A stretch of DNA of 64,000 nucleotides. Origin: the human T2T-CHM13v2.0 reference genome, Homo sapiens. This document shows, in pieces, positions 1 to 13,550 of the stretch. The stretch lies in NCBI RefSeq assembly GCF_009914755.1, contig NC_060936.1; one strand, 5' to 3'. Made by a program: the position numbers and the translations under genes. The notes under the pieces were generated by a model. It did no database searches, was not told the DNA's origin, and saw nothing but the letters and a program-made list of their open reading frames with translations. The stretch's first letter is position 1, and every line of letters starts with the position of its first letter.

Positions 1-146
1 TGTGCCTCTAGTCCTAGCTACTCAGGAAGCTGAGGCAGGAGTCATGCTTGAGCCTGGGAGGTGGAAGTTGCAGTGATCCCAGATCACACTACTGCACTCC
101 AGTCTGAGTGACAGAGCCAGACTCTATCTTAAAAAAAAAAAAAAAA
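1..146 (+). mobile_element. Alu right arm (AluJ-like), cut by window start
   Basis: ctactcaggaagctgaggcagga...gttgcagtga...ctgcactccagtctgagtgacagagccagactctatct followed by an A-tail. Confidence 0.9.
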
Positions 147-718
147 GTACTGTATCATTACATTATAGAGAGGAAAGCAAAGAAAGTAAGTTGGTGCAAT
201 AGGACCTCTTGGAGCCAAGGGAACATATAGAAATCATTCCCATCAGTAAAGCACCTCAAGAGAGGACTGAGAAAAGTGAGATGCAAAGAAGTTTTGTTTC
301 TATTACCCTAAAGTCATAACTATAGAAAGCTAAAAACACTCCTCTCTTCCCTCATTTCATTAGTAAAAATGGCAAAAATATTTTTCTTAGACCAGTTTTT
401 ACACATATAAATAATAACATGGAGAAACAATGACCCATAAAGTCACTTTGCTAAAGCAAATTTGGGGAGAAATTTGGGTTAAGCGAATGTAAATAACCGA
501 TTTAAATACTAATTTAAAATACAGTAGAATCCTGCAAATGACTTTCCCCAATAAATGCATCTTCAAAGAAAAGCTTCTGTCTCTGCTGGAACAATCTCGC
601 AGAATCATAAGGCAACATAAAATGAAAGAGTAAATATTTCAAACTTCAAATAATTTGCTAAGGTATTGGGAAGCCTCATACTTTCAGTTTAAACTAATTT
701 ATGATTTAAAAAGAAAAG

Positions 719-1053
<335 letters not shown>

Positions 1054-1634
1054 TGAATTACAGAAAATCTTAACTTTTTACTGTTCTACATACTAATTTA
1101 GAGGTACTGAGGATTTTTTTTTTCTTAATGATGCAAGGCACTTTTCTTTTTTGGGTTTCATTTAGAATAAAATTGATTCTACACTGATTTATTATATTCT
1201 ATTTAGAACCATTTTGGACAAAGGAAAAAGAGCTGGGCAACTCTGAAAAGAACAAATACAACTTTGGCTTTTACAAAAGAAAATGCAAAAATGAAAGTCA
1301 CATGAAAGTTAACAGTATCCAGGTTTTTAAGCATCTGGTACTATAAAGCAAAACATCTTCCTGTTATCATTAAACCTTTGCTGTTTTTATAGAATAAATA
1401 AATTAGAAAAGTAATAGGAAAGGAAACAGTAATTGAACCATAAGTAAAGATAGTTGGTTAGTGTCACGATTTAAAGATTGTTAAGGGATCACGAAGTTTA
1501 AAAAATAAAATAATAATTAAGCTATTGAATTATACTAAAAAAGAAATGTAGCAGATTCCTGCATTTTGTTAATGTTTCTATAAAAGCCTTCATCATGAAA
1601 TTGAACTGTAAAAGTTTTAAAAATATATAATATA

Positions 1635-1997
<363 letters not shown>

Positions 1998-2299
1998 TTA
2001 GGAATTTAATATCCTTAAAGGGGTAAAACAAAAATTATTGAAATCAGAACAGTAGCTCATAAAACAGGAACAGGTGAATGTAAACAAACAAATAATAACT
2101 TATTAACAACCTGGGATGAAATATGTATGTATGTACGTGTATATATATATGTGTGTACATCCATGTGTGTATGTACATATGTGCTTGTGTATAAAAATTC
2201 ATTAGGTATGGTAAACAACATACTGTACTGGATAGAGTTGAAGAGCAAACCACTGAGTCAAAAACCTAAACACAGAATTTTTTTTCAAAACACCACATG

Positions 2300-3695
2300 A
2301 AATATTAATAAAAAAGAGGTAGAAAGGAAGAAAGAAAAGCTAAGAGACATGGAAACTCGATCCAAAAGTTCCAGTACTCACCTAATAGAAGAATCATAAA
2401 GACAGAATAGTTAAAATAGAGGAGAGAGAATATTTAAAGAGTCCAGCAAATAAAATCTCATATAAACAAACAAACAAAACAACCCTTAGACTGTCATACA
2501 CCTTTAGAATAGAAAAAGTAGAAAATTGATTCCTAAAAGCTACAAGGGCAAATGATGAGATTATCTCCAAAGGAATGAGTATCAGTTTAAATTTTTTTTT
2601 TCACTAACAATATTAGAAACAAGAATATGATAGAAAATATTTTCAGAATACTTGAGGAAAAACTGCCATTAAATCTGGAATTTAATAATCAGGCAAACTT
2701 TCATTCAAGTGTAAGCATAAAGTAAAGACATTTTCAAACAAACAAGATCACACAAACTTTACCAATCAAGGACCCTCTCAGGAGGAGGAGGAAAACTATT
2801 AGTACTAGATAATATAGTCTAACCAGAAGAAAAATGAATCTAAGAATATAGTAGAATATAAGAATCAATGATGAACAAAGGAAACGCTATAAATACTAAC
2901 TGTATTTTAAAAACCCCATTTCACAAAATTATTAAGTTGTAACTAAGGCTACATTGAGAGTTTGGGAATGTGTGGGTTAGCTAAAAGCAGTAACTACATG
3001 CTAAGCTTCTTGTCATATTTGGGCTGGGGGTGAATAGAAATGCTGACTAATTCTACATTATTTTGGAAAGAGAAACAGAATGTATAACTTTAAAGCAGTA
3101 GAGGGAAAATAGAACAAAAAATGTGCACAGTGTATCCAAATGCTCAAGGGCAGTAAAGCAATAATATGGCAAGAGAAAAACATAAATTAAGATAATAAGA
3201 ATAAATGTAAAACTATCAACACTGAAGTATATAGGATCAAATACCAACTAAAGGACTTTAAATTCAATAAACAGGAATAATACAGCTTTTAGTCAAAGAG
3301 ACAAGGAACAGGTGCAAAAGATGGTTATATACCATGCCACGAAGGAAGGCCTCATCAAGACTGACATTATATAAACCATGTTCACTGTATGCAGTAACAT
3401 AAAACTAAAAGTTAACCATAGAGAAACTAAATGATCAGAATATTTTAGGAAAATATAAGTTGTCAAAATGAGCCCAACACCATAGGCCAATAAACTAAAA
3501 GAAATTGAAACAGAAGCCAGAAATATTTCCTAAGAAAAGGCACAAGGCCTGGATGACTTTATGGGTGAATTCCAGCAAAACCTTACGGAATAGATAATTC
3601 CCATCTTATTCAAATTGTTCCAAACAATAAAAAAAGATGGGAAGCCAGCCAACATATTTTGTAAGGCCAGCTTAACAATGATATCAAAACCAGAC
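2300..3695 (+). mobile_element. Ancient L1M (L1ME-like) ORF1/ORF2 remnants
   Basis: A-rich L1-like stretches, e.g. caggcaaactttcattcaagtgt (ORF1 end) and ggcctggatgactttatgggtgaattccagcaaacc...ttcaaattgttccaaacaata (degenerate ORF2 GPDGFT/EFYQTF region). Confidence 0.7.
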
Positions 3696-4389
3696 TATGT
3701 TCTAAGTGAAATTTGATCTATAATTTTCTTTTAGTTTTTGTTGTTGATGTGAATGGGAATTTTCTTTATATTATTTGTACCAATTGGTTACTGCAGCTTC
3801 ACATACAATTTTAATGGGGTTTGATAGAAAGAAATTTTGTCCTTGAAGAGGTTTACTTGATTTCATGTTTAGTTTCAATAGTTCTCTCATACCTTCATGT
3901 TCATAGTAATATATATATATAGTGTAGACATACTCTCTGATTTATGAGCACTTATTTGAACAACAACAACAACAAAAGATGAGAAAGTCTCTAAGATCCC
4001 AACTATCATACATCAAAATTCTCTTTCATCTTTCTACATTTTACAGATACCTTCCGTATGTAAGCCATGGAGAGCTATACAGATGTTAGTCATTACAGGA
4101 TGGTCACTCTGCTCTGACAGGCTTGGAAAACAGTTCTGTCTGTAATCCCTAAGAAACATGTTTTCTTTTTGTAGTTCCTTCTTCTCTGCTAATGCTTGCT
4201 GGACAGAGAACTAATACTTGAGTTGCCACATTTACTGCTCATGAGTTACTGGAAGATTGAAGTGGCTCTGGCCAGGGGCACACACATTCTCAGAGCTATC
4301 ACACCTTTTCTTGCCACTCACTGGCATTTACTTTCATATAGACTTGGTGTTGTAAATGGTGAAGTACCACTGCACTTCTGTGTAGCACC

Positions 4390-4566
4390 AGTCCTGGGTC
4401 CAAATTTTGACTCAATTGTTTTCTAGTTGTGTGATCTCAGGCAGTTTAATTGACTTCTCTGGACCTTAAGTTAAGCTCCCTATTTGTGAGATGGGGTTAT
4501 TAAGACTATATCACAGGATTGTTAGGGAGAATATGTTACATAATATGTGCAAAATTATTTAGCATA
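4390..4566 (+). mobile_element. MIR SINE
   Basis: ctagttgtgtgatctcaggcagtttaattgacttctctggacct...atttgtgagatgggg...ggattgttagggag matches the MIR core. Confidence 0.75.
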
Positions 4567-5675
4567 TCTTCTATTACATATACCTTGTACTCTGTATATG
4601 TTGGTTCCGTTTGCCCTTAAAATATTTACAGACAAGCTTGGATACAGATCACCTAATCAGTGTTCTTTCGAAAAATTTGTTTTGCAGCAGACCCGATGCT
4701 TTCTCTCAAGACTCCCAGGTTTCAAACTGGTCATATATTGAGGGCCAGTTACCTGGACAATGAGGGTAAATGGCAGTCTGTAATTATGATCTTGGTTTCT
4801 AGGTTGTTAGGGACTAATATTAATCCTCAAATTGTATGTGAAATGTGTTTATCTGGCTATAATTGTATAGTCTTCTTGAAAGCATTGATCAGCAATGCTA
4901 ATTTAACACGTATTTCCCCAGGGGAGTGCTTTTGAGCTAGTGGGGTTGCCAATTTATTAGTTAACTCATGCCACTTTCTTCAGAGCAGAAATAGAAACAG
5001 GAAACTCACAAAAAGTTACAGGTATATATTTTCATTTTTTATCAGGTGAACAATTCAGTGTAAAGATAATCAGAGCATGCATTGTTCTTTGAAGAACATA
5101 GTGCTGTGTTGGTTGGCTGGCAAATGATGGTGAATACTACTCAGTTATGTGTAATTAAAAGCAGAGTGAGATACTAACACTAGGAGATAATAAAGCTGTT
5201 TTCAGAAAACAGATTCAATTTGAATAAATACATGAACACGTTATCAGTGAAATATCTTTGTGAAAGAATTATTTATCCTACTCTATCAACCTCCTTCAAA
5301 ATCAAAGGATAGATTACAAGTGCCTTGGTTTTTTGTTTTGTTTTGTCTTATTAGTTTGAGTTTGCAAACCCCAAGAAATTCAAAAGTGGTACATCTTTAG
5401 AAACAACTTAAGAGAATCATAAGCCATGCTTAAGCTTGCTTTGTAGAATGATTTTTATTGTTCACAATGAAGATTATTTCATTCTTCCTTTTGTTCTTCA
5501 GTTGTTGGCTTATTTCGTCATAGTTGTTTAATGGACAAAGTCACATGTACAATTATTATGTAACAATAATACATAAATAACACAAAAAAGAAAATTTGTT
5601 TTGAATTTCAACCAATCAATTGACAAGTGAATTTTAGAATTATAAACAATGAGAAGTTTGTGATAAAGCACCTAC

Positions 5676-6476
5676 TGAAGCAGAAAATTTTCTCTGACCT
5701 CTTCATGGGTGAAACTCGAGTGCCCGGGCACTAGAAATAGCCAGCAGCCCCTTCAGTGCTGGTAGGGATGGACACCACTCATTTGGTCCTGCTGTGCTCC
5801 ACCCCTCACAGGAAGGGGGAGAACAGGTGAACTGGAGCTGGGGCTAGCACTTTTGGGCACTGGCAGGAGCAAAACTCTGTGTGGCTCCATGGCAGTGTCT
5901 AGGGGGATTCTGGAGACCCCTGAAGCCCCAGAAAGAGTGTTACAGTCAGCGCTCTTTTAGCTTTACCATCTGTAGATGGCTTAAGTGTTCACAGTTCAGT
6001 GGAGGGTCAGTGTGACAGCCTTTTGCACCTGCACCCGAGTTCTTGTCCAACATCCAGGAGGAATGAGGTTGCATGAACAAATTGGAGATGGTAAATGTGG
6101 AGGATTTTATTGCCAATGAAAGTGGCTCTCAGTAGGAAGGGGAGCTGAAAAGGAAATGAAGTGGGAAGATAATCTTCCTCTGGAGTCTGGCCCCAAAGCA
6201 ATGCCATCAAGCTGTCCCTCTGAAGTCAAGCCACTTCCCTCCGATGTCCAACCATAGTCTCCAGTGTCCAGCTGTTTCTCTTCTCTCTGGTGGCTGAGCC
6301 TGGAGTTTTTATAGGCACAGGATGGGGGGCTGGGAGGGCCATAGGTGATTTTGGAAAAGGCAACATTAGAGCTGGAAAACAGGAATGCATGTTCTCACTT
6401 TTGGCCACCATTCCAGGCTTGAGGGTGGGGATTTGCCCTCTTCTCCCCAGAATTTCCCTGCCTCCTGTCCGTGTCT
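5676..6476 (-). mobile_element. 3' LTR of the provirus
   Basis: Diverged copy of the 5' LTR; preceded on minus by the polypurine tract. Confidence 0.9.
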
Positions 6477-6488
6477 TTTCCCCCCTCT
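6477..6488 (-). promoter_or_regulatory. Polypurine tract
   Basis: AGAGGGGGGAAA on minus, abutting the 3' LTR. Confidence 0.8.
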
Positions 6489-6898
6489 GAAGAGGCACAT
6501 CTAACTGCAGTTAGAATACAGGAAGTTAGTTACTTCCTGCTGCCAGAGGGCGTTGTTTTGGGGAGAATGGGAGTCAGATTTCTTCCAGAGGTCTACCTAA
6601 GAGTTCCTAGCAAAAGGGAGCCATCGTCCAAGGCTCCAGTTGCCTGTTTAGAGTTTGATGGCTTATCGGTGAGAAGAAACAAGTTTTACAAGGTTAAGTA
6701 TGCATGGATCAAATGTGTGTTATACAAAGAGGAGCTAAAAGGAGAGAATCAAGTGCCAAAGTTTACAGAAATAAGTGAAATATACTAACCGTTCTGAAAA
6801 CAACATTGTACCCCATGATATAGAACAGAAAAAAAGTAAAAACAGCAAGCATAGGCAAGACTATAAGGAGGATATCCATGGAAGGTTAATTATTAAAA

Positions 6899-7042
6899 CT
6901 TATCTTTTGTGATTTTTAGCTTGATGTCCCCCATCTATTTACATTGGAACTTTGGGTGCTCTTCTGGGTTGATGGCGATAACTCTGTCAACTTCCCAGGT
7001 CTTTATTTGGGTATAATAAATTTAAGAATCTATTCCAGTGAC

Positions 7043-7044
<2 letters not shown>
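6899..7044 (-). pseudogene. pol: Integrase C-terminal remnant of ERV pol
   Basis: My translation VTGIDS*IYYTQIKTWE...GDIKLKITKDK resembles the gammaretroviral IN tail (V.GI.SWIH...VK). Confidence 0.7.
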
Positions 7045-8562
<1,518 letters not shown>

Positions 8563-9986
8563 TCTGAAAGACAGGGAAATAGGCTTCCCTCATTTTCCTT
8601 CCTTCTTTCAGTGAAAACTCAGGGTGTGAGGGAGAGAGAAAGCGGGCATCCCCCTTTTCTGTTTTGTTATCCCCAAGATCTGGCAACCTTACACGGACGC
8701 CACCCACGGGTGCCATTGCGACCTGCGCCCATGAAGCAAGGAAGGCCTAGAGACTACAAATTGTCTGCACTCACCCACGCCTCCATCCCCCCTACTGTCG
8801 GCAATGTTTGAGTTCCCTGGGCCTTATCTGTGCCATGGCACATGGCCTCCTTCCATGAAGCAGGAGCTTAACTTGCAGGAATTGGTCCTGCGCATTTATA
8901 CGGTGCCTGTTGCCTCACTTTGTATCCCTCAGATCTGGTTTTCCTTTCTAAGGCTTCAACCCAAAGTTTGGAATTGAGTTTGGGACAAAAATGGTATCTC
9001 AGGAGTGGCATGGATTCATTTGGATTAGGCCCTAGATGGCCCTTGCCAATTTTGCAGTCGTTAGCTGGTGGAGGTTATTCCTCTGTTGCCTCCCTATTAT
9101 AAGCAGAGTGCTGAGGTAGCAAAAGAACCCTCTTGCATAGAAAAGGAAAGAGGAAAAAAACAGCTTAAGGAGAAGAACCCCTTGCCCTATGCAAATTGGT
9201 TCCTTTAATCACTGCATCCCTCCCCCAGTTCAGACCAAGCTGAACTCCTTGGTCAGGGGAGGGATGGCTCTATGCGCCCTTGGCAGGAGGGGGTGGTGAG
9301 CAGGAAACTCTGGCCAGCTGGCCACATGGGGTCCCTGGCCCCCAAGACTGCCCTGGAGCCCTGGTGGCGGCGGTGGTTCTCTCCCACCGCCTGTGGCCAT
9401 TGGGCGTGGCATGTGCATGCTGCAGATGTGCCCAAGTGCCCCAGCTGGGAGGGGAGGGCATGAAGATGGGAGCCACTGCGTGCCATGTGTGCCTGCAGCT
9501 GTTGGGGTTGGGGAGGGGACGGCATCTCCAAGAACAAATGGAAATCAGATTGTTCTGAATTGCATATCTGATTGCTGGAGCCAACGCTCATTCTACTTAA
9601 TATTTCTGCAGTTTGCAGCAAAACACTTAACATTATGAAAGGATAGGAGCCATTTCAAACTGTGAAAGAAGAAAGGAAAGATACCATAGAAAAGTCTGGA
9701 GTTCTTGTCCAACGACTTGATGGGCAGTTGGGGACTGGATTTGGCGGCCTTCTGGCAACACTGAGGAGTGGCCTTGGCCAGATGCATTCAGTTGCCTCAG
9801 GACTTTATTCTGGTCCTATGCGACAGCAAGACTTCTGTGAGAGAAACAGAGCCAACGTTCCTTTTACCCAAAAGATAGAGATGGCAGTGTTGCATCCTGT
9901 TCCCTGCAAGTGGCATAGCTCACAGGAAAGTCTGAGGGCAGGAAGAGAGAGATCTACCTTTTTGCATGTACTCACCCTTCTGATGT

Positions 9987-10004
9987 ATTCCAGACAATCC
10001 TTCA
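9987..10004 (-). promoter_or_regulatory. Degenerate primer-binding site (tRNA-Pro)
   Basis: Minus strand TGAAGGATTGTCTGGAAT directly after the 5' LTR versus Pro PBS TGGGGGCTCGTCCGGGAT (12/18). Confidence 0.65.
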
Positions 10005-10007
10005 AAA

Positions 10008-10849
10008 TGAAGCAGGAAATTTTCCCTGACCCCTTTGCAGGCAGGAACTGGAGTGCATTAGTACTAGAACTATCTGGCTGCTTTAGTACCAGCAGGGGCA
10101 GACTCCACTCACTTGGTCCTGCTATGTTCCAACCCTCACAGGATGGGAGGCACAGGTGAGAGGGTGCAGGAGCCAGGACGAGCACTTTTGGGCATCAGCA
10201 GGAGCAAAGCTCCATGCAGCCCTGCAGCAGCATCTAGGGGGGCACCTGCAACCCTTGAAGCTCCAGAAATAGTGTTATATTTAACGCTCTTTTAGCTTTG
10301 CTGTCTGTGGATGGCTTAAGTGTTAAGAGCTCAGTGGAAGGTCAGTGCAACAGCATTTTGCTCCCATACCCAAGTTCTTGTCCGGCATCCAGGAGGAATG
10401 AGGTTGCATAAACGAATTGCAGATAGTAAATGTGGGGGATTTTATTGCTGATTAAAGTGGCACTCAGCAGGAAGGGGAGCTGAAAGGGGACAGAGCAGGA
10501 AGTTCATCTTTCTCCAGAATCCAGCCATTCCCAGCTGGACTCCTCTCTGAAGCAATGCCATCAAGATGACCCTATGAAGTCAAGCTGCTTCTCTCCATGT
10601 CCAACCATAGTCTATGACATCCTGCTGCTTCTCCTCTTTGCCTCTTCTGCTGGCTGAGCCTGGGGGGTTTTATGGGCACAGGATTAGGGGCAGGGTGGGC
10701 CATGGGTGGTTTTGGAAGTGGCAACATTCAAGCGGGAAAACAGTAATGTGTGTTCTCACTTTGGGCCATGATTCCAGGCTTTAGGGTGGTGCACTTGCCA
10801 GGGACCTGCCCTCTTCTTCCCAGAATTTTCCTGCCTCCTTTCCCTATCA
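10008..10849 (-). mobile_element. 5' LTR of the provirus
   Basis: Minus strand begins TGATAGGGAAAGGAGGCAGG; has a TATA-like CATAAAA and an AATAAA signal; aligns with 5676-6476. Confidence 0.9.
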
Positions 10850-11034
10850 CTACTACCGTGGCACTTAAGAAACTGAAAAAAATTAACTATAGTCACTAAC
10901 CTACATTTTCTTTTGTGTAAGAGCTAAATTGTTACTAATGCATGCTAAACAGTAGACACTCAGATATTTGAAAAAATGATTGATTTATGTGTGTGTATTT
11001 ATTAACAGAAATAATTAACATGGTTCAACACTCC

Positions 11035-11215
11035 TAGTTTACAAAGCACATTCACTGTCTCAATTTTGTTTGTCTTCACCTTTAACGCCCAGGGAATAAG
11101 TTCGGCAAAGTATTATCAACTCCATTTTCCAGCTGAGGAAACTAAGAAGGAAAAATTTTCAGTGACTGTCTTAAGGTCACAGTTAGAGCTTGGACCTCAA
11201 GTTTGCTGACTCTTT
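11035..11215 (-). mobile_element. MIR SINE
   Basis: ccattttccagctgaggaaactaag...agtgactgtcttaaggtcacag. Confidence 0.7.
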
Positions 11216-11289
11216 TTGCAAAACTCTGTTATTTTTCTCTTGTGTTTTGGGATTGTGTGGGCTAAATAGAATAAGGACAAGAAGGTCAG

Positions 11290-11915
11290 TTGAGAGTAAT
11301 TTGGCAGTCTCCTGTAAGATTGGAAATATGCAAACTCCATGACCCTGAAACTCTGCTTCTAGGTATATACCCTAGGGAATCTCCCTAGAAGTGCACAAGG
11401 ACACAAGAACAAGAATATTTATTACACTATTATTTGGTAATAGCAAAGTTGGAAGTAACTTAATGTCCATCTGTAAGAAAATAAATAAATCAACTCTGTT
11501 GTCTTCATATGATAAAATGCCACTTAACAGTTTAAATAATAGTTAGATTAGCTTTAGAAATGTTATATTGAATGAAAAAAGTAATTTTAGAATGATACAT
11601 ATAGTATGATAGTATTTATATAACATTTTTAAAAAGTGGAATGCTAGATACTGCTTACGAACATGTATGTTATAAAATAGAAAAACATCACTTCTAAGAA
11701 TATATACCAATTTCAGTATAGTGTTTGCAAGGGAGAGACTGAGAAGGGGAACAAAAGGGAATTCAATTTTGTAACTCTTCAACTCTGGAATGTTCTCGTT
11801 CCATTTTTTTTTATGTAAAAAATAAGAAACAAATGACAAAATGTTGATGCTTCTTAATTTCTAGTGTTGGGCATATAGATATGTGTGTTTTACTTTCTCT
11901 TTTTATGTTTAATTT
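11290..11915 (+). mobile_element. L1ME-like 3' end
   Basis: aatttggcagt...atgaccctgaaactctgcttctaggtatataccctag, typical of the old L1 ORF2 end and 3'UTR. Confidence 0.7.
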
Positions 11916-11959
11916 AGCTTGTTCAAAATTGAAGAGAAAAATATTCATTTAGAATAGAG

Positions 11960-12115
11960 GAGTACAGCAGAGTGGTTATGAAGATGAGCTTCAAAGATAG
12001 ACCAGGGTTGAATTTCAATTCTGCCAACCTAAATGCTATTAAAGTGAAGCAGGTCTCCATCCTGCCGGATTTATCAGTGTCTTTAATATGCTGATCTGAG
12101 TTGTGAGCCTTTAGG
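11960..12115 (+). mobile_element. MIR fragment
   Basis: tacagcagagtggttatgaagatgagcttc...gggttgaatttcaattctgcca. Confidence 0.55.
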
Positions 12116-13032
12116 ATAAGAATATAACATTCAGAATTTCTCAAACTTATTTGACCAAGGAATGAGCATTCTTTGGGGCAGTACGGTAAAAGGTGCCTTT
12201 ACAGATAATATGTATTTACAGGGTAATTTGAATGATCAATTGTCTTTAGGCTTGAAAAGGTCTCCCTTCATCTCCTTCCTGTTTTATCAGACTTGTGTTT
12301 CTCTTATTCCTGCTATCTCTAAGCTTTCTTTGTTTACAAAGACAGAGAATCCATTCCCTTTCCTCTACAACTCAACAAAGTGGCTGCTGAGAGGACAGAT
12401 TCTTCTGAGTAGCATGGTCATAGGACTGAGTTAGTTTTTTTCAAGATCAGCATGATTCATTTGATGTGGGCAATTTCAAGGTCTTGAAAAATTCTATCTA
12501 TGCTTTGGTAGCATTTGTCACTTCTAGCTTTGGCCAGTATCTATAAGGTGTCTGGGCACAGTATTAAATCCAATTCCCTCTCAGTTACTCAGAAATCTGT
12601 ACTTATTTTATTTTTTTCAGGGTTCATGCTTCATATTAACATGAAGATTTGCTGTCCTAAAGTCCCCTGAAGAGTATCTTATGCTATGGTTTACACCATA
12701 CCCAAGGTGGCTTGTCTATTCCTTAGGAAATTCCAACCAGAGACACCTCAAAAGGTGTCACACATTTCACCCACAGAGCACGGTCTCATTCATACCCCAT
12801 CAGCTCATCAAACTCTATAAGCCAATAGAGTTGGGTTTGAACCCCAATCTGGCCACTTACTAACTAGTTCACCTTGCTCCACTGTAGACTGTTTCTGCAA
12901 CTGAAAGGAGACATTGATACCTCTCAGATATAAAATCCAAGGCAATATTATGTTTATTATATATTATATATATAATCTAAGACAGTATTATATATATAAT
13001 ATATTATATTTATAAAATATTGTCTTGGATTA

Positions 13033-13225
13033 CCCTAGTTCTTGGATTCTAAGACGGAAATCTTTAAATCTTTTTCACGTTCAACTTTTTTGAAATTGGG
13101 ACACATCTTTAATTCTTGACATCCTACAATTCACCATCAGCCATGTTTTTTCGCACTTTAACACCATTGGGAAAAAAATAGATCTTTTGATAACTTAAGA
13201 GCTTCTTAAATTTGATGAAGAACAG
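13033..13225. mobile_element. Tc2/mariner MITE (MER104/Kanga-like)
   Basis: Degenerate TIRs ccctagttcttggattctaagacg ... cttaaatttgatgaagaacag flanked by TA; internal tttttcac...tgaaattggg. Confidence 0.6.
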
Positions 13226-13379
13226 TATTTGTTATCAGCCCTGTCTTCCCAACCAGCTCCTTGAGACCAAGAGTTCTTCCTTTATATTCCTTCCATCTTG
13301 CATGCAGAGGCCCACATCAATCAGTGAGAGCAGAGAATATACATTTATTTATTGAAACATGATGGGTATAAACAGCAGC

Positions 13380-13550
13380 AGACTCAGAGTCTTGTACTAC
13401 CCCTTGTTAGCCATTAGAGTTTAAAAATTCCTTAACCTCTTGTGGCCCCAGTATTCTCCATAAAAGGCTGAGATATTTTCCTGTCCTGTGTACTTTACAA
13501 AGTGACTATGAAAATCAAATGATATAGTGCATGTGAAAGCACTTTGTATA
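13380..13550 (+). mobile_element. MIR fragment
   Basis: ccttaacctcttgtggccccagtattctccataaaa...atcaaatgatatagtgcatgtgaaagcactttgta. Confidence 0.65.

Noticed and set aside
2120-2195. Mixed (TA)/(TG) tract; also (CAA)n ~3960, (CA)n ~28577, (TAAT)n ~49101 and (TAGA)n ~42172
   Set aside because: Ordinary short, imperfect microsatellites.
4021-4065. 13-nt micro-exon-like signal (TTTTACAG|ATACCTTCCGTAT|GTAAGC)
   Set aside because: Weak donor context, frame-shifting length and no partner exons; expected by chance in 64 kb.
9230-9638. Six overlapping ORFs and a GC-rich patch
   Set aside because: This is the GC-rich ERV leader with few stop codons; CpGs are largely decayed, so it is neither a gene nor a CpG island.
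9662-10185. ORFs of 165 aa (+) and 126 aa (-) across the ERV leader/LTR boundary
   Set aside because: They lie in non-coding LTR/leader sequence, cross the PBS and show no recognisable domain; chance frames.
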